DNA of 64,000 nucleotides from Rhodobacteraceae bacterium Araon29 (GCA_039640505.1 CP046865.1:3375661-3439660); one strand, 5' to 3'; positions 31,286-42,267 are shown, numbered from the stretch's first letter. The notes: generated by a model from the letters alone, not told the origin. Translations and numbers: made by a program.

Positions 31286-32716
31286 ATGATATTTTGGCCA
31301 ATTTTAGGATTATTTGTGATCGCCGCGGGATATGTTATCCGCAACAACTTTGACTTCCCCGACAATAAAAATCTTGACGGCGTGGTGAATATGGTCGGTT
31401 GGGGCGTTAAAGTTGCAGGGCTACTGCTGTTTATAATTTCTACATTTAACGGCATGTTTTTTTACGCTGAGCCTGGCTTTAAATACCATGTCCGGACTAT
31501 TTTAGGCGAAGAAAAAATGGTCTCGGATACAGGGTACAACATGCATCTGTTTGGCCGCTATAATGCATGGAAAAATGCGGTGTCCGTGCAAGCAGTAAAG
31601 GGCGGTAAAGGTGACTATAGGGCCGAAACGGAAAGCGTGACCACGAGCGCAAATTTGCCGCCGAAATCACTGGTTTTTCTAGATCAAGTGGATGCGGTCG
31701 TCTCGGCCACCGCGCGGTTTGAGTTGCCTTCTGACGAAGAGGGATTTTTAACCATGGCGCGGCTTTACCGATCCCCAGAAAACCTACTGCGCACAGAACT
31801 AGTTCCAGCGTTTGAGGAGACCCTAGGCGCAAATGCGGCGTTGATGTCAGCAGAGGATTATTTTCAAGGCGGCAAAACCGAATTTAACAACGAGTTCGAG
31901 CGACAATTGGCAGATGGTATTTATCTGGTCAGACGGATTGAAAAACGCGTCAAAGTCGAAAGCAGTCGCGCCGGCACCGCCAATGTGGCGCTGGGTGAAA
32001 ATCAAGAGCAGTTTGGCGATGAATTCAAAACGGTCTTTATTGTTGAAAAGCTTCTGGATGAAACTGGGCAGCCAAAGCGTAAAAGACAAGCGTTTGAAAA
32101 ATTTGGCATCAGCGTGACATCAGCGCGGGTAACAGATGTGCGGCCAAATATTAAATTTCAGGAACGCATGGGCCTGCGGCAACAAGCAGCGGCAGACCGT
32201 GCTATCGCCCGCGAACAGCGCGTACAGGAAGAAGAACAACGCCTGCTGGCCATCACGCGCGGCGAACGGGAAGTAGCAGAGCGCCAAGCGGCCGCAAAAG
32301 TTGAACAAATTCAGAAAACAACCGAAGCCGAAACCGAAAAACAACTGGCAATCACGGCCGCCGAGCGTGAGAGAGAGTCGGCGCGTATCAGGCAAGAGCG
32401 CGCGCAGATTTTACTGGAAACTGCCCGCATTGACGCACAAGCAAAACAAGTCAGCGCCGATGCCGCCGCCTATGAAAAAACCGCCATCCTTGAGGCAGAT
32501 AATGCGCTTGCGCAAAAATTAGCGGCCTATGTCGAAGTTCAAAAAGTATGGGCAGAAGCCTTTGCCAACCGTAAAGTGCCCACAACGGTATTTGGCGCAC
32601 CAGAAGGCGGGGTTGGAACCGATGGTGACATCAGCCGCTTTATTGATTTGCTAACCATGCAGGCGGCAAAAGGGCTTGCGGTAGATCCTTCTATTGAGCG
32701 TAAATCAGCTGAGTGA
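31286..32716 (+). CDS. membrane-anchored coiled-coil protein, flotillin/SPFH (band 7)-like
   Basis: 476 aa. Two N-terminal TM helices, a central globular region, then about 170 aa of Glu/Ala/Gln/Arg-rich coiled coil (…EQRVQEEEQRLLAITRGEREVAERQAAAKVEQIQK…). Lower GC than its neighbours and flanked by AT-rich spacers. Confidence 0.45.
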   Translation: MIFWPILGLFVIAAGYVIRNNFDFPDNKNLDGVVNMVGWGVKVAGLLLFIISTFNGMFFYAEPGFKYHVRTILGEEKMVSDTGYNMHLFGRYNAWKNAVSVQAVKGGKGDYRAETESVTTSANLPPKSLVFLDQVDAVVSATARFELPSDEEGFLTMARLYRSPENLLRTELVPAFEETLGANAALMSAEDYFQGGKTEFNNEFERQLADGIYLVRRIEKRVKVESSRAGTANVALGENQEQFGDEFKTVFIVEKLLDETGQPKRKRQAFEKFGISVTSARVTDVRPNIKFQERMGLRQQAAADRAIAREQRVQEEEQRLLAITRGEREVAERQAAAKVEQIQKTTEAETEKQLAITAAERERESARIRQERAQILLETARIDAQAKQVSADAAAYEKTAILEADNALAQKLAAYVEVQKVWAEAFANRKVPTTVFGAPEGGVGTDGDISRFIDLLTMQAAKGLAVDPSIERKSAE

Positions 32717-32852
32717 TTTTCCAGAAAGTCAATGTGTTTAGTTTCGGTTAACTGAATACTATTCCGCCAATCAAACCTCCATAGCGAATAAGCCATGTGC
32801 CAAGTAAAGCCCCTTAGAAGGGCTTTACTCCTCGTTGTTCAACAAAAAAAGA

Positions 32853-34448
32853 TTATGCTACATCAAAAGACAGTGGCTTGACCTGCTTGAACAGGCCAGT
32901 TTGCGCCAATTGCTCAACCACCTGATCTTTGATCGGATGATCGACATAAAGCAGCGCTATCGCCTCGGCGCCTGCGGCCGCGCGGCCGAGGGTAAAGTTT
33001 GCGATATTGACCCCGTTTTCACCCATGGTGTGACCCAAAGTGCCGATAATGCCGGGGACATCTTCGTTTGTGGTATACAGCATATGTGCGCCAATTTCAG
33101 CATCAATATTGATACCTTTAATCTGAATAAACCGCGGTTTTCCATCACTAAAGACAGTGCCCGCTATTGAACGCTCACGCTGATCTGTAACAACGGTCAC
33201 TTTGATGTAGCCTTCAAAGGCACCAGATTTATCCTGATTGGTGGTGCTAATCTGAATACCGCGTTCTTTGGCGATAAACGGCGCGCTGACCATGTTCACA
33301 TCGGGGTTGGCCTTTTTCATGATCCCGGCGACAACCGAACAATTCAAAGCCTCAAGGTTCATTTCGGACACCGAGCCATCATAAAGTATGTTAATCGCGC
33401 TAACCGGTTCATCGGTCATTTGGCCTATAAAGCTGCCCAAATGTCCAGAAAGCTCAAGCCATGGTCCCATAACCTTGGCTTCTTCAGCCGTGACCGATGG
33501 CATGTTTAGCGCATTGGTCACCGCTCCGGTGAGAAGATAATCTGACATCTGTTCAGCCACCTGCAAGGCAACATTTTCCTGAGCCTCGGTGGTGGCTGCG
33601 CCCAGATGCGGGGTACATACCACATTCGGCAGATCGAAAAGCGGATTTTCAAGTGCCGGTTCAACTGCGAAAACATCAAACGCAGCACCAGCGATATGGC
33701 CTGATTTTAATGCATCCGCCAGCGCTTCTTCATCCACCAGTCCGCCGCGCGCACAGTTGATAATGCGAACGCCTTTTTTTGTTTTTGCAAGATTTTCACG
33801 GCTCAGCACATTGCGGGTTTGATCGGTTAGCGGCACGTGCAACGTGATAAAATCAGCGCGTGACAGAAGAGCATCCAACTCGACCTTTTCAACGCCCATT
33901 TTGTCAGCTTTTTCAGCGCCCAAAAAGGGATCATAGGCCAGCACTTTCATTTTAAGCCCGCGGGCGCGATCACAAACGATGCCGCCAATATTACCCGCGC
34001 CAATGACGCCCAGCGTTTTGCCGGTCAGTTCAACGCCCATGAATTTTGATTTTTCCCATTTGCCAGCGTGGGTTGAAGCGCTGGCCGCAGGAATTTGCCG
34101 CGCCACTGCAAACATCATGGCAATGGCATGTTCGGCTGTGGTGATCATATTGCCAAACGGCGTATTCATTACAATCACACCGTTCTTACTGGCAATGTCG
34201 CGGTCAATATTGTCGACCCCGATGCCCGCGCGGCCAATGACCTTTAAATTGCCCGCAGCATTTAGAATTTTCTCGGTGACCTTAGTGGCCGAGCGAATGG
34301 CGAGACCGTCATATTGGCCGATAACCTCAAGCAGCTTTTCTTTGTCTTTGCCAAGATCGGGTTCGAAATCGACATCAATGCCGCGATCACGGAAAATCTG
34401 GACCGCTGTGGGGGATAACTTATCAGAAACAAGAACTTTGGGGGCCAT
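32853..34448 (-). CDS. serA: D-3-phosphoglycerate dehydrogenase
   Basis: 531 aa. 2-hydroxyacid dehydrogenase core (GxGxIG: GVIGAGNIGG) plus ASB and ACT C-terminal domains. Confidence 0.9.
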   Translation of the reverse strand: MAPKVLVSDKLSPTAVQIFRDRGIDVDFEPDLGKDKEKLLEVIGQYDGLAIRSATKVTEKILNAAGNLKVIGRAGIGVDNIDRDIASKNGVIVMNTPFGNMITTAEHAIAMMFAVARQIPAASASTHAGKWEKSKFMGVELTGKTLGVIGAGNIGGIVCDRARGLKMKVLAYDPFLGAEKADKMGVEKVELDALLSRADFITLHVPLTDQTRNVLSRENLAKTKKGVRIINCARGGLVDEEALADALKSGHIAGAAFDVFAVEPALENPLFDLPNVVCTPHLGAATTEAQENVALQVAEQMSDYLLTGAVTNALNMPSVTAEEAKVMGPWLELSGHLGSFIGQMTDEPVSAINILYDGSVSEMNLEALNCSVVAGIMKKANPDVNMVSAPFIAKERGIQISTTNQDKSGAFEGYIKVTVVTDQRERSIAGTVFSDGKPRFIQIKGINIDAEIGAHMLYTTNEDVPGIIGTLGHTMGENGVNIANFTLGRAAAGAEAIALLYVDHPIKDQVVEQLAQTGLFKQVKPLSFDVA

Positions 34449-34491
34449 TTTAGGCGCTCCTTCTTTGGATAGTTGTTCAGAATATGGGGGA

Positions 34492-35649
34492 TTAAGCCGC
34501 TTGGTTTTGGGCGTTCAGTTCGCTCTCAAAGGCCCAATCGAGCCAGGGCAGCATGGCCTCTATATCGGTTGTTTCAACCGTTCCACCGCACCAGATGCGC
34601 AGCCCTGCAGGGGCGTCGCGATAGGCACCGATGTCATAAGCGGCATCCGCTGCATCAAGCCGCTTGGCCACGGCTTTGGCAAATCCTGCCGGATCGCTAA
34701 TTCGTGGGTCGGTGAACTTGAGACAGACCGAGGTATTGGACCTAATCACAGGATTTTCTGCAAGAAAATCAATCCAGTCACGGGATTTTACAAAATCTGC
34801 AATAGCGCCTGTATTGGCGTTGGCTCGCCGGATTAAGCCGTCCAAACCACCCACTGAACGTGCCCAGTCGAGGGCCAGTAGATAATCTTCAACCGCCAGC
34901 ATCGAGGGGGTATTGATGGTCGCGCCCTCAAATATGCCTTCGATCAATTTACCGCCTTTGGTTAGGCGAAAGATTTTCGGCAGAGGCCAAGGGGGCGTAT
35001 AGCTTTCAAGTCTTTCCACCGCCCGAGGGCTGAGGATCAGCATACCGTGCGCCGCTTCACCGCCCAGAACTTTTTGCCAGCTAAACGTTGTTACATCGAG
35101 CTTGTCCCATGGCAAATCCATGGCAAAAGCCGCCGAAGTGGCATCACAAATAGTCAACCCTTCGCGATCGGCCGGAATGACATCACCGTTAGGGACGCGA
35201 ACCCCCGAGGTAGTACCATTCCAAGTAAAGACCACATCGTTCGCATAGTCTAAAGCAGCCATATCGACAATCTCGCCATACTCAGCGGTTTGAATATCTG
35301 CGTCTATTTTCAGCTGCTTAACCACGTCGGTGACCCAACCAGAGCCAAAGCTTTCCCACGCCACCATAGTGGCCTTGCGAGCGCCCAAAAGCGACCACAT
35401 CGCCATTTCAACTGCGCCGGTATCCGAGGCAGGAACAATCCCAATGCGGTAATCATCAGGGATGCCCAGCACGTCGCGGCTGCCTTCGATGGCCGCTTTC
35501 AGCCGGGCTTTGCCAACCGCGGCACGGTGACTGCGGCCCAAGGGCGCACCAGATAATTTATCAAGTTTAAAGGTAGGGTTTTTGGCACAGGGGCCAGATG
35601 AAAAACGCGGATTTACCGGCCGCGTTGCCGGTTCTTTTATGCTCATCAA
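34492..35649 (-). CDS. serC: phosphoserine aminotransferase
   Basis: 385 aa. N-terminus …[16 protein letters not shown]… is typical of alphaproteobacterial-type SerC. Immediately upstream of serA on the same strand. Confidence 0.85.
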   Translation of the reverse strand: MMSIKEPATRPVNPRFSSGPCAKNPTFKLDKLSGAPLGRSHRAAVGKARLKAAIEGSRDVLGIPDDYRIGIVPASDTGAVEMAMWSLLGARKATMVAWESFGSGWVTDVVKQLKIDADIQTAEYGEIVDMAALDYANDVVFTWNGTTSGVRVPNGDVIPADREGLTICDATSAAFAMDLPWDKLDVTTFSWQKVLGGEAAHGMLILSPRAVERLESYTPPWPLPKIFRLTKGGKLIEGIFEGATINTPSMLAVEDYLLALDWARSVGGLDGLIRRANANTGAIADFVKSRDWIDFLAENPVIRSNTSVCLKFTDPRISDPAGFAKAVAKRLDAADAAYDIGAYRDAPAGLRIWCGGTVETTDIEAMLPWLDWAFESELNAQNQAA

Positions 35650-35835
35650 TTCTATCCTTCCAGATAAGTGCCCCTCGTTGGGGAGGGGTGTCCCACGGAC
35701 GGAGATATACTTCTAGGCATGGGCTAACAAGCGCTAAAACGTACAAAATTGCCGCATGGCTTGCGAATTTAAGGTGTGAATGACCACTATCGGAAACCTT
35801 TTCCAATGCTCAAAATAGCATGTCGGTTTGGCATC

Positions 35836-35856
35836 GGTATCGCAGAGGTATCGCAG
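35836..35856. repeat. tandem direct repeat GGTATCGCAG-A-GGTATCGCAG in the 546-bp serC / epimerase divergent intergenic region
   Basis: Read directly from sequence. Possible regulator binding site. Confidence 0.2.
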
Positions 35857-36195
35857 CGGTGGGAAAAACACGGTGTTTTATCGCCAAATTTGCGGCAAGG
35901 GCCGTTGGCAAGCCTGGCAAAATTTGGGCCTCTAGGAAACCTTTTCGAGCTTGGAGCCTTGGCTTGCGTTCTCTTCATTTGAGTATTTGAACAAAAGAAA
36001 AGAAGCATAATTTGTGTCCACAACCCAGCGCAAAAAGAGTGTTGCGACCCAGCTGCCGGGCGCGCATTGAGATAATGAAGGGCACAAGAGATATCTGCGT
36101 GACATTCACAGTTGTTTGCGGCATCAGGCGGGAAGAACCTTGCTATGATGGTGATGGGGTCTGACCGGCCAAATGAAGCTAGGAAAGTTGACTTT

Positions 36196-37101
36196 ATGAA
36201 ACATGCAAGGCGCCATGCGTTGGTCATCGGGGGAAGTGGCTTTATCGGGCACCAAATCGTCGAGGTTTTGTCGGATGCGGGATATATCGTCCATTCCATG
36301 AGCAGAAATACGCTCTGCCGTAGGGCGCAATTTAATCTGTTGGTTGATCGTAATGATACGGGCAGGCTAAATGCCCTGATCGCAGACCAGAAATTTGACC
36401 TATTGGTGGATACATGCGCCTTGTCGGGGTGGGATATTGACGGCATTTGCGACAGTCAGCTTATGTACCGGGTTGACCATTGGGTTCACATCAGTAGCGC
36501 CGCGCTTTATTCAGATATGTCTACTGCTTGTTTTACAGAAAGTTCTTTGACCGGCGGCGCGGCGCATTGGGGGGAGTATGGCCGCAAAAAGCATGAAGCC
36601 GAACACGCTGTGTTAAAGCGGTTCACGGCCCATGGCGCAAGGTTGACCCTATTACGGCCACCTTATGTGTATGGCCCGAAAAACAGTTCGTACCGAGAGG
36701 CCTTTGTATGGGACCGTATGAAAGCAGGACGCGCAATTCCTCTGCCGCTTAAGCCATGCAAAGTACAATTCGTCTATGCGCGGGATTTGGCAGGGGCAAT
36801 TCTTCATATTGATCGCAGTGCAGCGACTGCGCAAACCGAGATCTTGAATATAGCACCTGAAGGATGCATTGATCTAAGGCAATTTTGCCAGGCCGCTGTG
36901 CGCGCAGCAGGTCATAAAGAGTGGGAGTTTGATGTGATAGATGCAGAAAAACTTGGCATTAGTCCGCGGGAGTTCTTTCCGTTTCGCACCGAAAATCTTT
37001 GCTTGTCGGTTAAGGCTTTCACGGTCCGATATGGCGGGTTTGATTTCATGGCACTGGACGAGGGCCTGAAAGCAACATACGCCGCTTATCAGGCGGCCTA
37101 G
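36196..37101 (+). CDS. NAD-dependent epimerase/dehydratase family protein
   Basis: Start at MKHARRHALVIGGSGFIGHQIV (GxxGxxG), preceded by an AGGAAAG RBS. The ORF track start at 36112 is probably too long. Confidence 0.7.
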   Translation: MKHARRHALVIGGSGFIGHQIVEVLSDAGYIVHSMSRNTLCRRAQFNLLVDRNDTGRLNALIADQKFDLLVDTCALSGWDIDGICDSQLMYRVDHWVHISSAALYSDMSTACFTESSLTGGAAHWGEYGRKKHEAEHAVLKRFTAHGARLTLLRPPYVYGPKNSSYREAFVWDRMKAGRAIPLPLKPCKVQFVYARDLAGAILHIDRSAATAQTEILNIAPEGCIDLRQFCQAAVRAAGHKEWEFDVIDAEKLGISPREFFPFRTENLCLSVKAFTVRYGGFDFMALDEGLKATYAAYQAA

Positions 37102-37240
37102 ATGTGTGGCAGCTTACGCTTCGGATATGAACACAGGAAAGACTATGCGTTACTCTTATTCAAATGCCGTTTGCGAAAACCCTCTATGGGGTTTAGTGCC
37201 CCTGCCGACACTTTATGAAAAATAACCAAGGACCCGCCTT

Positions 37241-38116
37241 ATGTTTTCTGTCACCTTGATTTCTGCGCCCGGATTGCTTGATGCATCACTTTTGGAAAAC
37301 CTACGCAATGCTTGGGGCGGCGGCGATGCCCTGTGGCTTGCCCCGGATGAAGCAGCCGAGTTTTCCTGTGCTGCATTGCCGGAAAACCGCTGGCAGGTTT
37401 GGCAAGATCTGCAGGGTATGCAGGTGGATATGATTGTGCAGCCGGAAGAAAACCGGCGCAAGAAAATGCTGCTTGCTGATATGGACAGTACCATGATCCA
37501 GCAAGAATGTATCGACGAGTTGGCAGATCACGCCGGTGTGGGCGCGCGGGTGAAAGACATCACCGCCCGGGCAATGAACGGCGAGCTTGATTTCGAACAA
37601 GCCCTTCATGAGCGGGTGGCGCTTTTGCAAGGGCAGCCGGCGAGCATTATCGACCAAGTGCTAGCAGAGCGGATTGAACTAATGCCCGGCGGCACAGTTT
37701 TGCTGGCCACAATGCGGGCGCATGGAGCCTATGCCGCTTTGGTGTCCGGCGGCTTTACCGCCTTTAGTGCAGTGATTGCCGAAAAGCTTGGGTTTGACAC
37801 ACACCGTGCCAATCAGCTGCTGATGCAAGATGGGGTGCTGACCGGCAAGGTGGCGCTGCCAATATTGGGGCGGCAAGCAAAAGTGGATGCGCTTGAGGCC
37901 TTTACCTCTTCCCTCGGCATTAGCGAAAGCGATGTGCTGGCCGTGGGGGACGGTGCCAATGATCTGGGCATGCTGGGGCGCGCCGGTGCCGGCGTGGCGC
38001 TGCACGCCAAACCCAGCGTTGCCGCCGAATGTGACATAAGGGTGAATTTTGGGGACCTTACGGCTTTGCTCTATTTGCAAGGCTTTAGCAAATCAGAATT
38101 CACACCAGCGGGCTGA
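37241..38116 (+). CDS. serB: phosphoserine phosphatase
   Basis: HAD motif I (LLADMDSTMIQQE), followed by a C-terminal GDGANDL motif. 291 aa. Confidence 0.8.
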   Translation: MFSVTLISAPGLLDASLLENLRNAWGGGDALWLAPDEAAEFSCAALPENRWQVWQDLQGMQVDMIVQPEENRRKKMLLADMDSTMIQQECIDELADHAGVGARVKDITARAMNGELDFEQALHERVALLQGQPASIIDQVLAERIELMPGGTVLLATMRAHGAYAALVSGGFTAFSAVIAEKLGFDTHRANQLLMQDGVLTGKVALPILGRQAKVDALEAFTSSLGISESDVLAVGDGANDLGMLGRAGAGVALHAKPSVAAECDIRVNFGDLTALLYLQGFSKSEFTPAG

Positions 38117-38188
38117 TCTGTTGAAACAGGGGTTTTCATTTGCAAAACAAGCCCCATTTATTATCGTGACAGTAAACGTGAGAACATT

Positions 38189-38638
38189 ATGGGCACCTAT
38201 GAACGCAATACCGATGTCATCGCCAGCTTGAGCGACGAACAATATTGGGTCACGCAAAAAAACGGAACCGAGCGCCCGGGAAGCGGACAGCTGCTGCACA
38301 ACAAAGCCGCAGGGATTTATGTCGACATCGTATCCGGCGAGCCGCTTTTTGCATCAAGTGATAAGTACGAAAGTGGCTGTGGCTGGCCAAGTTTTACCAA
38401 GTCAATCGAAGCGGCGCATATCACGGAAATAAGCGATGAAAGCCATGGGATGATCCGTACCGAAGTGCGCAGCGCGCATGGGGACAGCCATCTTGGCCAT
38501 GTGTTTCCCGATGGCCCAATCGATCGCGGCGGTCTGCGCTATTGCATCAACTCTGCTGCCTTGCGCTTTATTGCCAAAGCCGACATGGTGGATGAAGGAT
38601 ATGGCGCCTATCTGGATCAGGTGGAGGATTTGGTATGA
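38189..38638 (+). CDS. msrB: peptide-methionine (R)-S-oxide reductase
   Basis: SelR domain with CGWPSF and RYCINSA motifs. Confidence 0.85.
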   Translation: MGTYERNTDVIASLSDEQYWVTQKNGTERPGSGQLLHNKAAGIYVDIVSGEPLFASSDKYESGCGWPSFTKSIEAAHITEISDESHGMIRTEVRSAHGDSHLGHVFPDGPIDRGGLRYCINSAALRFIAKADMVDEGYGAYLDQVEDLV

Positions 38639-39126
38639 GTGAACGTGCAGTATTAGCTGGGGGCTGTTTTTGGGGGATGCAGGATTTGATCCGCAAAATG
38701 CCCGGCGTGCTAAAAACCCGAGTGGGCTATACCGGCGGCGATGTGCCCAATGCCACATACCGGCATCATGGGACCCATGCCGAAGGGATCGAGATTATTT
38801 TTGACCCTGCTAAAATCAGCTATCGGCGCCTCTTGGAATTTTTCTTTCAAATTCACGATCCAACCACGCTAAACCGTCAGGGCAATGATCGCGGACTGTC
38901 CTATCGATCCGGGATTTATTATCTTGATACGGCGCAAAAATTGGTGGCCGAGCAAACCATTACAGATGTTGAGGCAAGCGGTGTTTGGCCCGGCCCTGTC
39001 GTAACTGAGCTGGCGGCCGCTGGCGATTTTTGGGAGGCAGAACCAGAGCATCAAGATTACCTTGAACAACGACCTAATGGCTATACCTGCCATTATGTTC
39101 GCCCTGATTGGGTCTTGTCATCCTAA
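38635..39126 (+). CDS. msrA: peptide-methionine (S)-S-oxide reductase
   Basis: [10 protein letters not shown] active-site motif. Start overlaps the msrB stop (ATGA). Confidence 0.9.
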   Translation: MSERAVLAGGCFWGMQDLIRKMPGVLKTRVGYTGGDVPNATYRHHGTHAEGIEIIFDPAKISYRRLLEFFFQIHDPTTLNRQGNDRGLSYRSGIYYLDTAQKLVAEQTITDVEASGVWPGPVVTELAAAGDFWEAEPEHQDYLEQRPNGYTCHYVRPDWVLSS

Positions 39127-39178
39127 TTTAAAACGCGCATTGATCCCATGTCTGCGCTGCGCAGGCTAGGATTTTATC

Positions 39179-40102
39179 ATGCAGCCGTTCAGGGCCATTT
39201 CTTTAAAACTGTTCTCAGTGATGGTTTTCATCACCATGATTTCACTGATTAAAGCTACAGCGGACACCGTACCGCCGGGGCAGGCGGTATTCTTTCGATC
39301 TGCTTTTGCGATCCCTGTGATCTGCGGCTGGCTCATGTTGCGCGGTGAATTGCGTACCGGGCTGCGCGCCATCTCGCCTTTGGGGCACTTATGGCGCGGA
39401 TTGATCGGCACCACGGCCATGGGGCTTATGTTTGCCTCGCTTGCCTATTTGCCGCTGCCTGAAGTGACCGCGCTTAGCTATGCTGCCCCATTGCTCACTG
39501 TGATTTTTGCCGCTGTGCTATTGGGCGAGCGCCTAAGGCTTTTTCGAATTACAGCCGTCGGACTGGGGCTTATTGGGGTATTGGTGGTGCTTGAGCCACG
39601 GCTAACTATGCTGTCCTCGGGCCAATTTGAGCCCGAGGCGGCCTTTGGTGCCGGGTTGGTGCTTTTGGCGGCTGGGTTTATCGCCCTAGCGCAAACTCAC
39701 ATCAGGAAACTGGTGCAGACCGAGCACCCCGCAGCTATTGCGTTTTATTTTAGCCTGACGTCAACCATCGCCGCCCTGCTGACAGCGCCGTTTGGGTGGG
39801 CAGCACTTTCACAGCAAACCGCCCTGCTGTTGATTGCAGCCGGAGTTTTGGGCGGCGTTGGGCAAATCTGTCTAACGCTGTCCTTTCGATATGCGCCGGT
39901 CACGGTGGTGGCGCCATTTGATTACGCCTCAATGCTATTTGCGCTTTTGATTGGCTATTTCGTGTTTGCAGAGGTGCCAAGCCTGCAAATGCTTATCGGA
40001 GCTACTATTGTGATCGCAGCCGGGGTTTTGATTATCTGGCGCGAAGCGCAACTGGGACTGGAACGCGGCAAAGCGCGGGCGCTAAAAACCCCGCATGGGT
40101 GA
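39179..40102 (+). CDS. DMT family transporter (EamA-like)
   Basis: 307 aa, about 10 TM helices as two repeated EamA halves. Confidence 0.75.
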   Translation: MQPFRAISLKLFSVMVFITMISLIKATADTVPPGQAVFFRSAFAIPVICGWLMLRGELRTGLRAISPLGHLWRGLIGTTAMGLMFASLAYLPLPEVTALSYAAPLLTVIFAAVLLGERLRLFRITAVGLGLIGVLVVLEPRLTMLSSGQFEPEAAFGAGLVLLAAGFIALAQTHIRKLVQTEHPAAIAFYFSLTSTIAALLTAPFGWAALSQQTALLLIAAGVLGGVGQICLTLSFRYAPVTVVAPFDYASMLFALLIGYFVFAEVPSLQMLIGATIVIAAGVLIIWREAQLGLERGKARALKTPHG

Positions 40103-40104
40103 AT

Positions 40105-41433
40105 TTAGCGATCTTGATATTCCATCAGGCTATAAATCGGCCGCAACAAGTGACGGCGAAAACGGCCCAAGGGAAATCGGCGCGGCGGCTTCTGAAAAAG
40201 CTTTGGATAAAGCCGCTTTTGCGATGCGCCCAGCGCCAGATCGGCCAGCAGCGCGCCTGCATAGCTGCCCATGGCAACACCATTGCCATGATAGCCAAAG
40301 CCCGCATAAACTCCGGGCATCTCTTGGATCGGGCCGACAAACGGGGTCAGATTACGGGTTAGACAAATCAGCCCAGACCAGTCGTGTTTAATTTCAACCT
40401 TGCGCCAGGCTGGAAACATTTCGGCAAAATTTGCGCGGATTTGCTGCGCGATTAATGCGCTGTGGTGCGGGGTTGCAAAAAGACCGCCGCGCATGCCGAA
40501 CAGAAACCGGTTGTCAGGCAGCAGCCGGAAATAATGCAGCAATTGGCGGCTGTCTGCTGCCACCTGCGTGCTGGTATAGCCTTGGGCCTGCAGCTCGGCG
40601 TCCGTAAGGGGCCGTGTGACAATCACCGATGACTGCACCGGGATGTAGCGTGCTCGCATCCAATTGGGCAGATCATCACTGGAATATCCATTGGTTGCGA
40701 TAATCACTTTTTCTGCATGGACACGCGCCTTCGGCGTTTGTAACACGTAGCCCTTGCAGGTTGGCTTGATATCCGTAACAGGGCTTTGGCCGTAAACTTT
40801 TGCACCCGACTGCTCTGCTGCCTGCAAAAGCCCAAGCGCATATTTTCGTGGGTTAAGCCCAAAGCCTACCGGGGTTGTGAGTCCGCCGTAAAAGGGACCG
40901 CCAAATCCAAGTTGGCGCAATTCGCTTTGCGCATGATACACTGCTGTGACACCGTAGTTTTCTTTGATCCGCGGGATTTCATTACGCAAGGCGATGGCAT
41001 CCTTAGCGCGGTGGGCCAGTTCGGTTTCGCCGCCGGGCTGCACCTCGGCATCAACCCCAAGCGCATCAAGCCGATGCCCAACCAACTCAACCGCTGCCTT
41101 TTCGCTTTGTCGGTACTCAATCCGGCCGGGCTTGCCAACCAGCCTGTCAATCTGTGCATCGCTGGCCTTGGCACCGCCAAGGCAACAAAACCCACCATTG
41201 CGGCCCGTGGCGCCAAACAGCGGATGCTCTGCCTCTAAAACACAGACCCGCGCACCGGCTTGCGACAGCTCATACGCCGCTGATAATCCGGTAAAGCCTG
41301 CCCCGATAATTGCAACATCATAGTCCTGATCACTGCGCAAAGGCGGATATTGCGGCGCGGGAACACTTGTTGCCCAAAAGCAATCCTTTATCGGATCATC
41401 CCCGTACGCCACCGGTTCATAAATGCGCTGCAT
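40105..41433 (-). CDS. FAD-dependent oxidoreductase (DAO family, gamma-glutamylputrescine oxidase-like)
   Basis: Start at the internal ATG (MQRIYEP…). N-terminal dinucleotide-binding motif VAIIGAGFTGLSAA. Confidence 0.75.
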   Translation of the reverse strand: MQRIYEPVAYGDDPIKDCFWATSVPAPQYPPLRSDQDYDVAIIGAGFTGLSAAYELSQAGARVCVLEAEHPLFGATGRNGGFCCLGGAKASDAQIDRLVGKPGRIEYRQSEKAAVELVGHRLDALGVDAEVQPGGETELAHRAKDAIALRNEIPRIKENYGVTAVYHAQSELRQLGFGGPFYGGLTTPVGFGLNPRKYALGLLQAAEQSGAKVYGQSPVTDIKPTCKGYVLQTPKARVHAEKVIIATNGYSSDDLPNWMRARYIPVQSSVIVTRPLTDAELQAQGYTSTQVAADSRQLLHYFRLLPDNRFLFGMRGGLFATPHHSALIAQQIRANFAEMFPAWRKVEIKHDWSGLICLTRNLTPFVGPIQEMPGVYAGFGYHGNGVAMGSYAGALLADLALGASQKRLYPKLFQKPPRRFPLGRFRRHLLRPIYSLMEYQDR

Positions 41434-41598
41434 CTTTACCACTACATTTTCCCTTGCGATTGAGCTTACTCCTTGGCTTTGTAATTTGATCAAATTTACC
41501 AACCTTTGCAATATGGTAATGTGGTCGTTCGCAGGTTAAACTGACCGTAAATCAGGTATATACAACCCGCATAACACCAAAAACTTGAAAGCGCACAG

Positions 41599-42267
41599 AT
41601 GAAAGACGATGTAAATTTAACCAATGAAAGCAAAATTCCAGCGCATGAAACGGTGTATCGCAAACTAAGGGATCTGGTTCTGTTCGGGGAAATTGCCCCC
41701 GGTCAAGCGGTTACAATCCAAGGCCTTACCGATCAGCTTGATGCCGGAGTGACCCCAGTGCGCGAAGCCATCCGCCGATTAATCGCAGAAGGCGCGCTTG
41801 ATTTTATGGGCAACCGGCGCGTATGCGTTCCATACCTGTCTGTGCAGAACGTCAATGAACTGATTTTTGCCCGTCAGGCAATAGAACCACAGCTTATTTT
41901 ATTGGCCACGCAACAGGCAACATCCGAAGATTTAGACCATCTTTGCCAAATTGATACAGAACTGGATCAGGCGATCAAAATAGGGGATGTCACGGCCTAT
42001 CTGCGGCGCAACTATCGCTTTCATAAATCCCTGTACGAGCTATCAAAAGCCCCCATTTTAGTATCAATTGCCGACGGACTATGGCTGCGCTTTGGGCCAT
42101 CGCTTCGGGTTGTTTGTGGTCGGCTTGGCACCTTAAACCTGACTGACCAACACAAAGAAACGCTCTCAGCCATGCGCGCCGGTGACGCAGAAAAAGCCGC
42201 CCGCGCCATCCGTGAAGACGTCATCCAAGGTATGGAACAAGTTCGCCATGTGATGACACAGACCTAA
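41599..42267 (+). CDS. GntR family transcriptional regulator (FadR/FCD-type C-terminal domain)
   Basis: N-terminal wHTH (…VYRKLRDLVLFGEIAPGQAVTIQGLTDQLDAGVTPVREAIRRL…). Transcribed divergently from the FAD oxidase gene. Confidence 0.75.
   Translation: MKDDVNLTNESKIPAHETVYRKLRDLVLFGEIAPGQAVTIQGLTDQLDAGVTPVREAIRRLIAEGALDFMGNRRVCVPYLSVQNVNELIFARQAIEPQLILLATQQATSEDLDHLCQIDTELDQAIKIGDVTAYLRRNYRFHKSLYELSKAPILVSIADGLWLRFGPSLRVVCGRLGTLNLTDQHKETLSAMRAGDAEKAARAIREDVIQGMEQVRHVMTQT

Noticed and set aside
35776-35982. 68-aa ORF in the serC/epimerase intergenic region
   Set aside because: No RBS, hydrophobic low-complexity product. The region is more plausibly regulatory.
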